From positions 117,053 to 181,052 of the forward strand of contig CACMTR010000004.1 of the NCBI GenBank assembly GCA_902616715.1: a stretch of 64,000 nt of DNA. Reading direction: 5' to 3'. The DNA comes from an uncultured SAR86 cluster bacterium. Its GTDB lineage: Bacteria > Pseudomonadota > Gammaproteobacteria > Magnimaribacterales > AG-339-G14. The notes under the pieces are model-generated. The model saw only the letters and a program-made list of their open reading frames with translations. It was not told the DNA's origin and searched no databases. Positions within the stretch are counted from its first letter, which is position 1. Each line of letters opens with the position of its first letter. This document shows, one piece after another, positions 8,820 through 19,422 of this stretch. The translations under genes were made by a program, and so were the position numbers.

Positions 8820-10341
8820 TTATTCTTCTTAACTTTAAATAACTAGAGACCATAAGAATAGTTAATAACAATACAATAATTGGCATTTTACCGTAACTAT
8901 TAATGGGCGTGGCTCCTCTAAAAAGGTTTATTTTTAAACTCAGCTCTTGAGAATTATTTCTCTTAGAAATTTCATCGTCTATTTCTATAAAATCAATTAT
9001 TTTTCCTTTCTCATCAACTACAGCACTAATTCCGCTAGTAGTACTCCTTACAAGAGGTTTTCTATTTTCTGCAGCCCTATATCTAGCGATTTGTAGATGT
9101 TGGTGTGGGCCAATTGTTTCTCCAAACCAAGCATCATTACTAGCAGAAAATAAAAGATTACTTTGTGAGCCGTATTTAAAAAAAAGGTCTTGAAAAGCTA
9201 CTTCGTAGCAAATTGAGGCAAATATTGAATAACCATCCCCCTTAATTAGCTCGTTATTCAAACCGACACTAACTTCAGGTCTAGAAAAGTTGAAGAAATT
9301 AAAAAAATAATTAAAAAAACTGTATGGAACATATTCACCAAAAGGCACTAATTTTTCTTTATGATATTGTCCTTCAAGGCTTCCAAAACTAATTAAAGAG
9401 TTATAAATTTTATTTTCTTCTGCATTTTTAGATAATGTTCCTGCTATCACTCCTACATTTGCTTTTTCTGTAAGTGTTAGGAATGGTTTTAAGTAAAACC
9501 CAAAGTCTGAGAATTGTCCTGGAAAGAACACTTCAGGAAAAAAAAATAATTTTGGAGTATCTGCTTTATTAATTAATCTAGGTGATTCTTTTAATAAAAG
9601 TCTACCCATGATATCAGTTGATTCTCGTTTACCTGAAGAAGTCCATTTTTCTTTAATTCCTATATTCGGTTGAACAATTACTATGTCAATTTCGTTTATT
9701 GATTTTGTCCAGTTAACTCGAATTAAAAATATATTTGATAAGCACACGATTAAAATTATGGAACTAGATAAGATTATTGAATTTAAATTAGGTTTTTTAA
9801 CATTTTTAAATAGTTCCAAAGTCGAAGAAGACAATAAGATAATAATAAATGACATACCGAATATTCCTGCTATAGGAATAAACCCATTTATAAGAGAATT
9901 ATCGATCGAAGCGTAACCAACATATAGCCAAGGGAAGCCAGAAAATAAAAACTCTCTTAACCATTCTGAAAGTACCCACACCGATGGGAATAAAAACAAC
10001 CTAGTGAGAAAGTTATCAACTTTTAAAAAACTATAAGTTAAAAAAATAAGGCCTTGAAATAAGGACAAAAACATTGAAAGCACAATGGTTAATAACGAAG
10101 AAATAAAAGCATTTGCACCCCCATATACATTAATACTATTCTCTATCCAAAAAATACCAATTAACCAAAATCCTAATCCAAAAAAATAACCTAAAATAAA
10201 TGAGAACTTTGGATTTTGTCTTTCTAAAGAAATTAGTATTAGGAAAGGGATAATTAAAGAAAGGATCCAAAAGTTAAATGGTTCAAAAGCTAAAATTAAA
10301 AGAGCCCCAAGAAAAAAAGAAAATATAGCTTTTAAAATCAT
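8809..10341 (-). CDS. lnt: Apolipoprotein N-acyltransferase
   Basis: 510 aa. It has an N-terminal multi-TM region plus a C-terminal CN-hydrolase domain with FPE, K..LVPFGEY and ICYE (catalytic Cys) blocks. Confidence 0.9.
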   Translation of the reverse strand: MILKAIFSFFLGALLILAFEPFNFWILSLIIPFLILISLERQNPKFSFILGYFFGLGFWLIGIFWIENSINVYGGANAFISSLLTIVLSMFLSLFQGLIFLTYSFLKVDNFLTRLFLFPSVWVLSEWLREFLFSGFPWLYVGYASIDNSLINGFIPIAGIFGMSFIIILLSSSTLELFKNVKKPNLNSIILSSSIILIVCLSNIFLIRVNWTKSINEIDIVIVQPNIGIKEKWTSSGKRESTDIMGRLLLKESPRLINKADTPKLFFFPEVFFPGQFSDFGFYLKPFLTLTEKANVGVIAGTLSKNAEENKIYNSLISFGSLEGQYHKEKLVPFGEYVPYSFFNYFFNFFNFSRPEVSVGLNNELIKGDGYSIFASICYEVAFQDLFFKYGSQSNLLFSASNDAWFGETIGPHQHLQIARYRAAENRKPLVRSTTSGISAVVDEKGKIIDFIEIDDEISKRNNSQELSLKINLFRGATPINSYGKMPIIVLLLTILMVSSYLKLRRISEN

Positions 10342-10372
10342 TTATAGGACTTTTCAGATAATTGGCTCAGTT

Positions 10373-10984
10373 CTATTTTAGCCAGAAACTTATTTTTTTA
10401 CTTTCTAAAATTCTACACGTTTCGAAAATTGGCAAACCGACGATGTTTGAATAACTTCCAATAATTTTCTCTATGAATGTTGCTCCATAACCTTGGATCG
10501 CGTATCCCCCAGCCTTGTCACTTGGTTCTCCAGTATTCCAATATTTTTGACACTCCTTGGCATTCAGCTGCCTAAATAATACTTCGCTTTCAACTATTTC
10601 ATAATTTAAATTTACTTCCTCCGAATTATTATTCACTAATTCTCCAATGACGACACAAGAGTAGACTTTGTGAAATCTTCCAGAAAGCTCAAGTAACATT
10701 GAAATGCAGTGATCCTCATCTCGAGGTTTTCCAAAAATCTGATCATCTAAAGAGACAACAGTGTCAGCAGTCAAGACTGGAAGAATGATTTCATTTTTAG
10801 CTTGAATTAAAGCTAGTGCATTGAGCGCTTTTTCTTTTGTATTTCTTTCTACAAAATCTACTACGTTTTCATTAGGAAATACTTCCTCCTTATGATTACA
10901 AGATAATATTTTAAAGTTTACCCCTAAGGACTTGAGAATTTCTTTTCTACGAGGAGACTGCGAAGCAAGATATATACTTGCCAC
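10373..10984 (-). CDS. maf: Maf-family nucleoside triphosphate pyrophosphatase
   Basis: 203 aa with LASQSPRRKEIL and DKAGGYAIQG motifs. The apparent GTG start overlaps the rpmG stop by 1 nt. Confidence 0.88.
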   Translation of the reverse strand: MASIYLASQSPRRKEILKSLGVNFKILSCNHKEEVFPNENVVDFVERNTKEKALNALALIQAKNEIILPVLTADTVVSLDDQIFGKPRDEDHCISMLLELSGRFHKVYSCVVIGELVNNNSEEVNLNYEIVESEVLFRQLNAKECQKYWNTGEPSDKAGGYAIQGYGATFIEKIIGSYSNIVGLPIFETCRILESKKISFWLK

Positions 10985-11139
10985 TACTTGATCTTATCTT
11001 CTTTGTATATAACGTGTTTTCTTACGACAGGATCGAATTTTTTAATTTCAATTTTATCTGGCGTATTGGTTTTGTTTTTATCGGTTGTGTAATAGTGACC
11101 TGTACCTGCGGATGATACTAATTTAATTTTTTCTCTCAT
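10984..11139 (-). CDS. rpmG: 50S ribosomal protein L33 (not in the supplied ORF track, 51 aa)
   Basis: Hand translation gives [51 protein letters not shown]. It has an ATGA overlap with the rpmB stop, giving the classical rpmB-rpmG pair. Confidence 0.93.
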   Translation of the reverse strand: MREKIKLVSSAGTGHYYTTDKNKTNTPDKIEIKKFDPVVRKHVIYKEDKIK

Positions 11140-11372
11140 ACTTTATCTCCTCTTGCTCTAATTTCATTTAGAACAACCTCAATACCTTTTTTGTCAATAA
11201 TTCTTAATCCTTTAGCTGAAACATTTAGAGAGACGTATTTCTTTTCGGATTCTACCCAAAACTTGTGTTTATGTAGATTTGGCATAAATCTCCTTCGAGT
11301 TTTATTAATTGCCTTCGAAACATTATTTCCTGACATTGGTGTTTTGCCTGTAACTTGACAAATTTTACTCAT
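11136..11372 (-). CDS. rpmB: 50S ribosomal protein L28
   Basis: 78 aa with [30 protein letters not shown]. Confidence 0.95.
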   Translation of the reverse strand: MSKICQVTGKTPMSGNNVSKAINKTRRRFMPNLHKHKFWVESEKKYVSLNVSAKGLRIIDKKGIEVVLNEIRARGDKV

Positions 11373-11449
11373 ATAAAGCCTCTCTGAGGAAGGATTTATA
11401 CCAGAATCTTGAGTTTTAGGAAACCCAAATCAGGTTATAATTCGTTCGA

Positions 11450-12655
11450 ATGAGTAAACTAGCAAACAAAAATATTCTTTTATGTGTAACTGGAGGAATA
11501 GCGGCATATAAAGCGGCAGAGTTAGTAAGATTATTTAAAACTTCTAATGCTTTTGTAAAAGTATTAATGACAAAAGGAGCTCAAGAATTCATTACACCTC
11601 TCACAATGCAAGCTCTTTCAGGAGAAAAAGTGCACACAGATCTCTTGAGCACAGAGGCAGAGGCCGCAATGGGCCATATAGAATTAGCTAAATGGTGCGA
11701 TGTAATTATTGTTGCGCCTTGTTCAGCTAATTCTTTATCAAAATTAGCAGAAGGGAGAGGAGATGATTTGCTGTCTGCAGTCTGCTTGGCATCTGAAAGT
11801 GAGTTGTTCATTGCGCCAGCTATGAATCAGGCTATGTGGAAAGATAAAAGAACTCAAAGAAATTTAAAAAAGATTTTAAGATCTGGAGCCAAAATTATAG
11901 GTCCTGCTTCAGGCGAACAGGCTTGTGGAGACGTCGGTGAGGGCAGAATGACTGAACCGAAAGACATAGTATGTGAAATTGAAAATATATTTGAAATGGG
12001 ATCCCTATCAGGCAAAAAAGTATTAATTACAGCTGGCCCAACACAAGAAATGATTGATCCTGTTAGATATATTTCTAATAAGAGTTCAGGAAAAATGGGT
12101 TTTTCTCTTGCCGAAGAAATAAAAAATCAAGGAGCAATTGTAACTTTGATATCAGGACCAGTTAGTTTAACTACTCCCGATAAAGTTGAAAGATTTGATG
12201 TGAGATCTGCTAAAGAAATGCAGTCTAAAGTAGAAGAACTTATTGAAGACTTTGACCTTTTTATTTCAGCAGCAGCAGTAGCAGATTTCAAGCCAAAAAA
12301 ATTACAAGAAAATAAAATAAAAAAAGACTCCAATAATAAAAAGGTAAAATTGGTACTAAGTAAAAACTCTGATATCTTGAAAGCAATATCAGAAAAAAAT
12401 TTAAATTTAAAAACTGTTGGATTCGCAGCCGAAACAGAAAATTTAGTAACAAATGCTAAAAGAAAACTTTCTGATAAAAATTTGGACTTAATCGTTGCAA
12501 ACGATGTATCAGATGAATCGATCGGATTTGACTCAGACGAAAATGAAGTGACTTTGATTACGAAAAAAGAAAAAAAAATAATAAAAAAAAGTTCAAAGAA
12601 AATTATTTCAAAAAAAATTGTTGAGTTTATAGCACAAAAGGTAATAAATGATTAG
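11450..12655 (+). CDS. coaBC: Bifunctional phosphopantothenoylcysteine decarboxylase / phosphopantothenate-cysteine ligase
   Basis: 401 aa. The N-terminal flavoprotein block is ILLCVTGGIAAYK, and the C-terminal ligase block is ISNKSSGKMG. It is divergent from rpmBG and upstream of dut, as in E. coli. Confidence 0.93.
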   Translation: MSKLANKNILLCVTGGIAAYKAAELVRLFKTSNAFVKVLMTKGAQEFITPLTMQALSGEKVHTDLLSTEAEAAMGHIELAKWCDVIIVAPCSANSLSKLAEGRGDDLLSAVCLASESELFIAPAMNQAMWKDKRTQRNLKKILRSGAKIIGPASGEQACGDVGEGRMTEPKDIVCEIENIFEMGSLSGKKVLITAGPTQEMIDPVRYISNKSSGKMGFSLAEEIKNQGAIVTLISGPVSLTTPDKVERFDVRSAKEMQSKVEELIEDFDLFISAAAVADFKPKKLQENKIKKDSNNKKVKLVLSKNSDILKAISEKNLNLKTVGFAAETENLVTNAKRKLSDKNLDLIVANDVSDESIGFDSDENEVTLITKKEKKIIKKSSKKIISKKIVEFIAQKVIND

Positions 12656-13196
12656 GTGGATAATCACTAGAATTATAGGTTTTTTTCTCCCTTCGTTAAT
12701 TTCAAGTCTTTTCAATAACAAAGAAGAAGAAACTATTGGCGAAATAAATGTTGAATTTAAAATTCTAGATGACAGATTAGGAAACGATATACCTTTGCCT
12801 AAATTTCATACTAAAGGCTCCGCAGCAATTGATTTGAGGACAAATATTAGTGAAACCTATACCTTAAAAGCTGATGAAACAAAGTTATTTACAACAGGTT
12901 TTGCAATCCACATTAAAGATGCAAGATACGCTGCACTTATATTACCTCGCTCAGGACTGGGTCATAAAGACGGTATAGTTTTAGGAAATCTTTCCGGCCT
13001 AATTGACTCAGATTATCAAGGAGAGATCATGGTTTCTCTTTGGAATAGATCTAAAAAAGAATTCAATATCGAACCCGGCGATCGAATAGCGCAAATGCTT
13101 TTTTTTAGTATTTTTTCGCCAAATTTCAAATTGGTTACAAAATTTGATGAGACAGAAAGAGGAATTGAAGGATTTGGATCTTCTGGTAAGATTTGA
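12648..13196 (+). CDS. dut: dUTP diphosphatase with about 30-aa hydrophobic N-terminal extension (start uncertain)
   Basis: dUTPase motifs are GSAAIDLR, PRSGLGHK, IDSDYQGE and ERG.EGFGSSG. The only in-frame ATG is at 12648, 8 nt inside coaBC. Confidence 0.88.
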   Translation: MIRWIITRIIGFFLPSLISSLFNNKEEETIGEINVEFKILDDRLGNDIPLPKFHTKGSAAIDLRTNISETYTLKADETKLFTTGFAIHIKDARYAALILPRSGLGHKDGIVLGNLSGLIDSDYQGEIMVSLWNRSKKEFNIEPGDRIAQMLFFSIFSPNFKLVTKFDETERGIEGFGSSGKI

Positions 13197-13199
13197 AAT

Positions 13200-14762
13200 A
13201 TGACAATTCCAGCAAATAAAACTCTTCAAGAAAACTTTAGATGGAGAGTAGAGAAATCCCCAAATAGCATAGCTCATAAATTCATGGATCGAGAAACTTC
13301 CTTTTCAGAATTAGACTTGCTTTCAAATAAAGTAGCAAATGGCATTATTGATGAGGGATGCAAAAAAGATGCAAGAGTAGCCTATCTAGGAAAAAACTCG
13401 GATTATTTTTTTGAAGTACTTTTAGGCACTATAAAGTCTGCTACGGTTGCAGTCGGCGTAAACTGGAGATTAGCTCCACCAGAAGTTTCTTACGTTATAA
13501 ATGACTCAAAAAGTGAAATCGTTTTCGTCAGTGAAGACTTCTATCCTGTTATTGAACAAATTAGAGACGAGTTAACTACAGTAAAAAAAATTATTGCAAT
13601 TGACGATAAACATGAAGAATTTGAAGGTTATATAACCTGGAGGGAATCTAAAGCTGATACGGAAATTAACATAGAAACTTCAATGGAAGATGATGTAATA
13701 CAACTATATACGTCAGGGACAACAGGCCATCCTAAAGGTGTTCAAATTACAAATGGAAACTTTGCTTCCGCTAACGATTCAGTCCAAAACAGTGTGCCTT
13801 TTGCAGAAAATGAAACCAACCTTGTATGCATGCCTGGATATCATATCGCTGGAACTAATTGGGGGATTTGGGGCCTTCTTCATGGGTGTAGAAATATAAT
13901 AATTGCTGATGTCGACCCAAATCTAATTCTTGAATTAATTGAATCTGAAAAGATCAGACATACGCTTTTTGTGCCAGCAGTTATTTTGTTTTTAATAACC
14001 AACCCTAAAGCTCAAGAAACGGATTTTAGTTCTCTAGAGTTTGTTCTTTATGGAGCCTCCCCAATTGCTGACGACACAATAATCAAAGCAAAAGAAATAA
14101 TGAATTGTGATCTTTATCAAGTGTATGGTCTTACAGAAACTACTGGGGCTATTACTATAATGCTACCAGAAGATCATGATCCTGAACGAGGGAAGTTGAG
14201 ATCATGCGGAAAGGCTTTAAGTGGAGTTGAAATAAAAATAATTGGAGACTCTGGAGAAGAAATGCCAACAGGTGAAATTGGTGAAGTTATCACTAAATCT
14301 GCTTTAAATATGAAAGGCTATTGGAACAAGCCGGATGCTACAAAAGAAGCAATACAAGATGAATGGTTCTTTTCTGGAGACGCCGGTTATTTTGATGAAG
14401 AGGGCTATCTTTATATTCACGATAGAGTCAAAGATATGATTGTCTCTGGAGGAGAAAATATATATCCTGCTGAAGTTGAAAATGCTTTGATGAGTAATCC
14501 AGAAATAATCGACGCTGCAGTTATTGGAATACCTGATGAAAAATGGGGAGAGAGCGTAAAGGGTTTTGTTGTTTTAAAAGATGGCGCTGAGCTAAGTGAA
14601 GTAGACATAATTTCTTATGTTAAGTCACAAATCGCTGGATATAAGTGTCCAAAAAGTATCAACTTTATAGATATGCTTCCAAGAAATCCCTCGGGTAAAG
14701 TTTTAAGAAGAGAGCTTAGAGCTCCTTTTTGGGAAGGGGTTGAAAGAAATGTTGGTGGATAG
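13200..14762 (+). CDS. AMP-dependent acyl-CoA synthetase / ligase
   Basis: 520 aa with the YTSGTTGHPKGV AMP-binding motif, YGLTET, GD.GY.DE.GYLYI.DR.KD and the C-terminal PSGKVLRREL. Substrate is unknown. Confidence 0.88.
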   Translation: MTIPANKTLQENFRWRVEKSPNSIAHKFMDRETSFSELDLLSNKVANGIIDEGCKKDARVAYLGKNSDYFFEVLLGTIKSATVAVGVNWRLAPPEVSYVINDSKSEIVFVSEDFYPVIEQIRDELTTVKKIIAIDDKHEEFEGYITWRESKADTEINIETSMEDDVIQLYTSGTTGHPKGVQITNGNFASANDSVQNSVPFAENETNLVCMPGYHIAGTNWGIWGLLHGCRNIIIADVDPNLILELIESEKIRHTLFVPAVILFLITNPKAQETDFSSLEFVLYGASPIADDTIIKAKEIMNCDLYQVYGLTETTGAITIMLPEDHDPERGKLRSCGKALSGVEIKIIGDSGEEMPTGEIGEVITKSALNMKGYWNKPDATKEAIQDEWFFSGDAGYFDEEGYLYIHDRVKDMIVSGGENIYPAEVENALMSNPEIIDAAVIGIPDEKWGESVKGFVVLKDGAELSEVDIISYVKSQIAGYKCPKSINFIDMLPRNPSGKVLRRELRAPFWEGVERNVGG

Positions 14763-14767
14763 TTTTA

Positions 14768-15358
14768 TCACTTTCTAAGCTTCATTGGATCTTTAAAATA
14801 AACATAAATAGAAACTACAAAAACGAAAGCTAATAAAAAGTAAGTAAAGTACTCAACAAAAACTACCCCTAAAAAATAACCGGTCAATACATAAACAGCT
14901 GTCCAAGCAGGAGCTGATAAAATTTCAACGGGGAAGAATATTTTAGAATTCATTCCAAGTGTTCCTGCAGTTAATGGAACCAAACATCTTAAAGGTCCAA
15001 CAAATCTACCTAGAGCAACACTCAAAATTCCATACTTTTTGATAAAAATTCTAGCTCTTTCTACATAAGGCCTTTGATCTTCCGGAAACCAACCAATGAC
15101 TTTGTTTCCTATTAATTTTCCTATTAAATAACTTATTGAATCTCCGCAGATCATTCCTAGAGTTGCGTATAAAAAAATTTCAATTGGGCCGATACCAACA
15201 CTTGCTGCTAATGCACCAATGCCAGGAACAATGAGAGTTGCGGGTGTAAATAATCCTACAATTATTAAAGACTCTAAAAAAACAAGAATAAAAGCTGCCC
15301 AATTTATCCACTCTGTATTATTTGAAAGAAATTCAAGAATATTACTAAAATCAAACAT
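14768..15358 (-). CDS. DedA-family inner-membrane protein
   Basis: 196 aa, multi-TM, with the GRFVGPLRCLVPLTAG block characteristic of DedA/SNARE-associated proteins. Confidence 0.8.
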   Translation of the reverse strand: MFDFSNILEFLSNNTEWINWAAFILVFLESLIIVGLFTPATLIVPGIGALAASVGIGPIEIFLYATLGMICGDSISYLIGKLIGNKVIGWFPEDQRPYVERARIFIKKYGILSVALGRFVGPLRCLVPLTAGTLGMNSKIFFPVEILSAPAWTAVYVLTGYFLGVVFVEYFTYFLLAFVFVVSIYVYFKDPMKLRK

Positions 15359-15410
15359 TAATTTATGAAGTTAATATGCAGATAATTAATTTATTGCAAT
15401 AATACAATAC

Positions 15411-16670
15411 ATGAATGACGAAAACTTATCAGATTTAACTATTTTGCTCAAACAAGCAAATGAAGCAAAAGAAATTGTCAGCACCTCAAGTCTTGAACAA
15501 AAGAATCATGCACTAAAGGCTGCTGCAGAATCAATAAATGATTCCAGAGAAACCCTCAAATCTGCTAATGATATAGATATGGAAGAAGCGTCAAAAAAAG
15601 ATTTACTGGATAGTTTTATTGATCGTTTAAAACTTAATGATCAAAGAATAGATTCTATGATTTCAGGAATTTACAAAGTAATAGACCTGAATGATCCGGT
15701 GGGACAAATCACCAACAAAACAACTTCACCTTCAGGATTTTTAGTATCTAAGATGAGGGTACCTTTGGGCGTGATTGGAATAATTTACGAGTCTAGGCCT
15801 AATGTCACAGCTGACGCCTCGGCGTTATGTCTCAAGTCGGGAAATGTGAGTGTTTTAAGAGGTGGTTCAGAAGCAATAAGCTCAAATAAAGCCATAGAGC
15901 AGTGCATGATAGAAGGTTTAACATCTGCTGAATTACCTAAAAACTCAATCCAATTGTTAAAAAATCAAGACAGAGCATTAGTTGCAGAAATGATAAAACA
16001 TGATAAGGAAATTGACCTAATCATACCAAGAGGCGGTAAAAATTTAATTCAAGTTATTGCAAAAGATTCAAGCGTTCCAGTTTTGAAACATTATGACGGA
16101 CTTTGTCATGTTTACATTGACGAAATGGCTGATTTTAAAAAGGCGAAAGAAATTGCTTTAAATGCTAAAACTTACAGATATGGGATATGTGGAGCAATGG
16201 AGACTTTATTAATTTCGGAAAAAATTTCGTCATCTGTTATTTTAGAAATTATAAATACATTTAAGGATCAAAAAGTTGAAATCAGAGGTTGCGAAAAAAC
16301 TTCAAAAAACTTTGATATTTCTCTAGCTAACGAGGCAGACTGGACTAGTGAGTATTTAGCTCCAATTCTTTCGATAAAAACAGTGAAAGATGTAAATGAA
16401 GCTATTGAACATATAAATTTTTATGGCTCAGGACATACTGATTGTATTGTGACAGAAGATGAAAAAGCAAAAGAAGTTTTTTTAAGAAAAGTTGACTCGA
16501 GTTCCGTTATGCATAATCTTCCAACCTGTTTTGCAGATGGTTTTGAATATGGCCTTGGCGCTGAGGTGGGAATATCGACCGATAAGCTTCATGCCAGAGG
16601 CCCAGTCGGCTTAGAAGGCCTAACAAGCGAAAAATTTATTGTTGAGGGTAATGGACAATTACGTGCTTGA
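15411..16670 (+). CDS. proA: Gamma-glutamyl phosphate reductase
   Basis: 419 aa. Aldehyde-dehydrogenase-type blocks are IYESRPNVT and CGAMETLLI. It shows proA-nadD synteny. Confidence 0.92.
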   Translation: MNDENLSDLTILLKQANEAKEIVSTSSLEQKNHALKAAAESINDSRETLKSANDIDMEEASKKDLLDSFIDRLKLNDQRIDSMISGIYKVIDLNDPVGQITNKTTSPSGFLVSKMRVPLGVIGIIYESRPNVTADASALCLKSGNVSVLRGGSEAISSNKAIEQCMIEGLTSAELPKNSIQLLKNQDRALVAEMIKHDKEIDLIIPRGGKNLIQVIAKDSSVPVLKHYDGLCHVYIDEMADFKKAKEIALNAKTYRYGICGAMETLLISEKISSSVILEIINTFKDQKVEIRGCEKTSKNFDISLANEADWTSEYLAPILSIKTVKDVNEAIEHINFYGSGHTDCIVTEDEKAKEVFLRKVDSSSVMHNLPTCFADGFEYGLGAEVGISTDKLHARGPVGLEGLTSEKFIVEGNGQLRA

Positions 16671-16676
16671 AGTGTA

Positions 16677-17306
16677 ATGAGTGACACCATTGGCATATTT
16701 GGGGGCGCTTTTGACCCTATTCATAAGGGACATATAAAATCTATCCAAGACATAAATAAATTAGTTAATTTTTCAGAATTAAAAATAATTCCTTGCAACA
16801 TTCCTGCTTTAAAAGAACAAGCAGTTGCCTCAAAAGAAGAAAGATTTCAGATGCTTAAATTAGTATTTGATAACGATGAGAATATAAAGATAGATCCCTG
16901 CGAATTAAAAAAGGAAGGCATTTCATATACAGTTGATACTTTAGAAGATTTGTCAAAAAAAAGTAAACCTAATCAGCACTTTTCTCTCATCATGGGCTTA
17001 GATGCATTTATGAATTTAACATCATGGAAAAATTACAAAAGAATTTTAGAACTTTCTTCTTTAATAGTTTTAAAAAGACCAAATTATGTTCTAGATAAAG
17101 AATATCTTAAAAAGTTCAAAGAAAATATTACTGATGAGTTAGATGTATTTTTAAACTCAACTGGTAAAGTAATTTTTTTTACGTTAACTCAATTAGACGT
17201 ATCTTCAACTCAAATAAAAAAAGCAATTAGAGACGGCGAATCTTTTGATGAAAACTTGGATCAAAAAGTAATAAATTTTATTAAGGATAAACTAATTTAT
17301 AAATGA
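16677..17306 (+). CDS. nadD: Nicotinate-nucleotide adenylyltransferase
   Basis: It has the GIFGGAFDPIHKGH (HxGH) motif and the VSSTQIKKAI (ISST.IR-like) motif. Confidence 0.92.
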   Translation: MSDTIGIFGGAFDPIHKGHIKSIQDINKLVNFSELKIIPCNIPALKEQAVASKEERFQMLKLVFDNDENIKIDPCELKKEGISYTVDTLEDLSKKSKPNQHFSLIMGLDAFMNLTSWKNYKRILELSSLIVLKRPNYVLDKEYLKKFKENITDELDVFLNSTGKVIFFTLTQLDVSSTQIKKAIRDGESFDENLDQKVINFIKDKLIYK

Positions 17307-17629
17307 CAAAAAAAACTCTTAAGATCATCGATAGCACTTTAAAAGACATCAAGGCCTTGGATACTAAGACTCTAAATTTAAAAAAAATTAATTCTTTTAC
17401 AGACACTCTTTTAATCACCAGCGGTTCTTCTTCTACTCACATGTCTGCTATTTCAAACAAACTGATAAGAGAATTAAAAAAAAATAAAGTTGAAATTCTT
17501 AATTTAGAAGGTAAAAGTTCTCCGGATTGGGTGCTTTTAGATCTTGGAGATATTGTAATAAATATCATGTCGATTTCAGCAAGAAAATATTATGATTTAG
17601 AAAGCCTCTGGGACGATTCTTTGGCATGA
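17303..17629 (+). CDS. rsfS: Ribosome silencing factor RsfS (Iojap-like)
   Basis: 108 aa with TD.LLITSG.S..H and DWVLLDLGDIV blocks. It sits between nadD and mrdA, its canonical position. Confidence 0.88.
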   Translation: MTKKTLKIIDSTLKDIKALDTKTLNLKKINSFTDTLLITSGSSSTHMSAISNKLIRELKKNKVEILNLEGKSSPDWVLLDLGDIVINIMSISARKYYDLESLWDDSLA

Positions 17630-19422
17630 AAGGCAAACAATTTTTGACTGATCAAAGTATCTTAAGAAGAATATTTTTATTTTTATTTCCTTTTTTAATA
17701 TTACTTATTTTTGCTTTTCTTCAAATTTTAAACTTGATGATTTTCCAGGCTGAGAAATTTAAAACTCAAGCAGATTCAAACAGAATTCTCAAAGAGAAAG
17801 TTTTTCCTCCTAGAGGATTAATTTTTGATACAAATGATGAAATTATTGTGGATAACTTTATTAGGCAAGATTTAGTAGTTACACCAAATTTCATCGAAGA
17901 TTACTCTTTATATTTGTCTCTTCTATCTGAACTTGTAGAGATTGAAAAGAATACCTTGGAGCAAGTTTTTTATAAAAAATTATCAGAAATCAAACCCTTC
18001 CAATCTTTTACGCTGCTTAGGGACTTAAATGATAGGCAGCTTGCAAAAGTAAAATTAAATTTTAAAGATTTACCGGGAACGGAAATTAATTCTAGTTTTT
18101 CAAGGAATGTGGTGTATGGAGAGAGTTCCGGTGCTGTCATAGGATATTTAGGTTTTGCTTCAAAACAAGATATTTTAATTAATCCAAATTTAAAAAATTT
18201 TAATGATCAACAAGTAGGATTATTGGGAATTGAGAAAGAATTTGACGATGAGTTGAGAGGAACCGTTGGTTACAGATATTCAGAAAAAGATGCTAGAGGA
18301 GGTGTTTTGGATGTTTTGTCTGTAGAACCTTCTACTAAGGGAAAAAATATAAAACTTTCTATAGATGTTGAGTTGCAAGACAAACTATACAAAGAATTTA
18401 GAGGCAGAAAGGGTGCTTTAATTGCGATTGAGCCAGATACGGGTTTCATTCGCGCAATGATAAGCTCACCATCATATAATCCAAACTTCTTCAACAATTT
18501 TAAAACTGAGGAAATTAAATTGCTTTTTCAAAATAAAAATAGTCCTCTTTTTAATAGAGCTATCTCTGGTCAATATCCTCCAGCATCAACTCTAAAACCT
18601 TTTATAGGCCTCGTTGCTTTGGAAGAAGACGTTATAACTTGGCAAGAAAAGATACTAGACGAAGGAGAGTTTTTTGTCGAAGGTGATAAAAGACCTTACA
18701 CAGGTTGGAAAGAAGGAGGTCATGGAGAAGTGAACATGGAAAAAGCTATCGCTGAGTCTTCAGATGTTTATTTTTATAATATTGCTTATGATTTAACTGT
18801 AAATTCAATTGCCCCATTTTTAAAAAAGTTTGGCTTTGGAAAATCTTCCGATCTTTTTATCAATGAGAGCCAAGGTATTTTGCCAGACAAGAAATGGAAG
18901 CTTGGCCAAAAAGGAGAATTTTGGTTTAAAGGAGATACTATTAATATGGGAATTGGACAAGGATATATTTTAGCAACACCATTACAAATAGCTCTGGCGT
19001 ACTCTGCACTTATAAACGGAGGAAAGTTAATTTCTCCACGAATTGTTCAATCTATCGAAGGGGAGGAAACAAAGTTTGTCTCAGAAAAAATAGAGATTAA
19101 AGATATTCAGAATTTAGAATACATAAAAGAATCCTTGATTTCTGTCGTTGAATCAAATACTGGAACAGCTAAAAATATTTTTGATCCCAAGTTAAGAATT
19201 GCGGGCAAAACAGGCACAGCTCAAGTAAAAAGTATTCTTGACGATAACAAGTATCAAGAAATTAGAGAGAATGTTTTGCTTAGAGATCATGCTTTGTTTG
19301 TAGGATATGGGCCTGTGGGAGACCCATCTATTGTGGTTGTTGCCATAGTAGAAAATGGCGAAAGTGGAAGCCTAGTAGCTGCCCCTATAGTCCAAAAAGC
19401 AATAAACCTTTATGAACAATAA
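17626..19422 (+). CDS. mrdA: Penicillin-binding protein 2 (elongasome transpeptidase)
   Basis: 598 aa with an N-terminal TM anchor. Motifs are SxxK (PASTLKP), SxD (ESSDVY) and KTGTAQ. It is followed by rodA. Confidence 0.93.
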   Translation: MKGKQFLTDQSILRRIFLFLFPFLILLIFAFLQILNLMIFQAEKFKTQADSNRILKEKVFPPRGLIFDTNDEIIVDNFIRQDLVVTPNFIEDYSLYLSLLSELVEIEKNTLEQVFYKKLSEIKPFQSFTLLRDLNDRQLAKVKLNFKDLPGTEINSSFSRNVVYGESSGAVIGYLGFASKQDILINPNLKNFNDQQVGLLGIEKEFDDELRGTVGYRYSEKDARGGVLDVLSVEPSTKGKNIKLSIDVELQDKLYKEFRGRKGALIAIEPDTGFIRAMISSPSYNPNFFNNFKTEEIKLLFQNKNSPLFNRAISGQYPPASTLKPFIGLVALEEDVITWQEKILDEGEFFVEGDKRPYTGWKEGGHGEVNMEKAIAESSDVYFYNIAYDLTVNSIAPFLKKFGFGKSSDLFINESQGILPDKKWKLGQKGEFWFKGDTINMGIGQGYILATPLQIALAYSALINGGKLISPRIVQSIEGEETKFVSEKIEIKDIQNLEYIKESLISVVESNTGTAKNIFDPKLRIAGKTGTAQVKSILDDNKYQEIRENVLLRDHALFVGYGPVGDPSIVVVAIVENGESGSLVAAPIVQKAINLYEQ

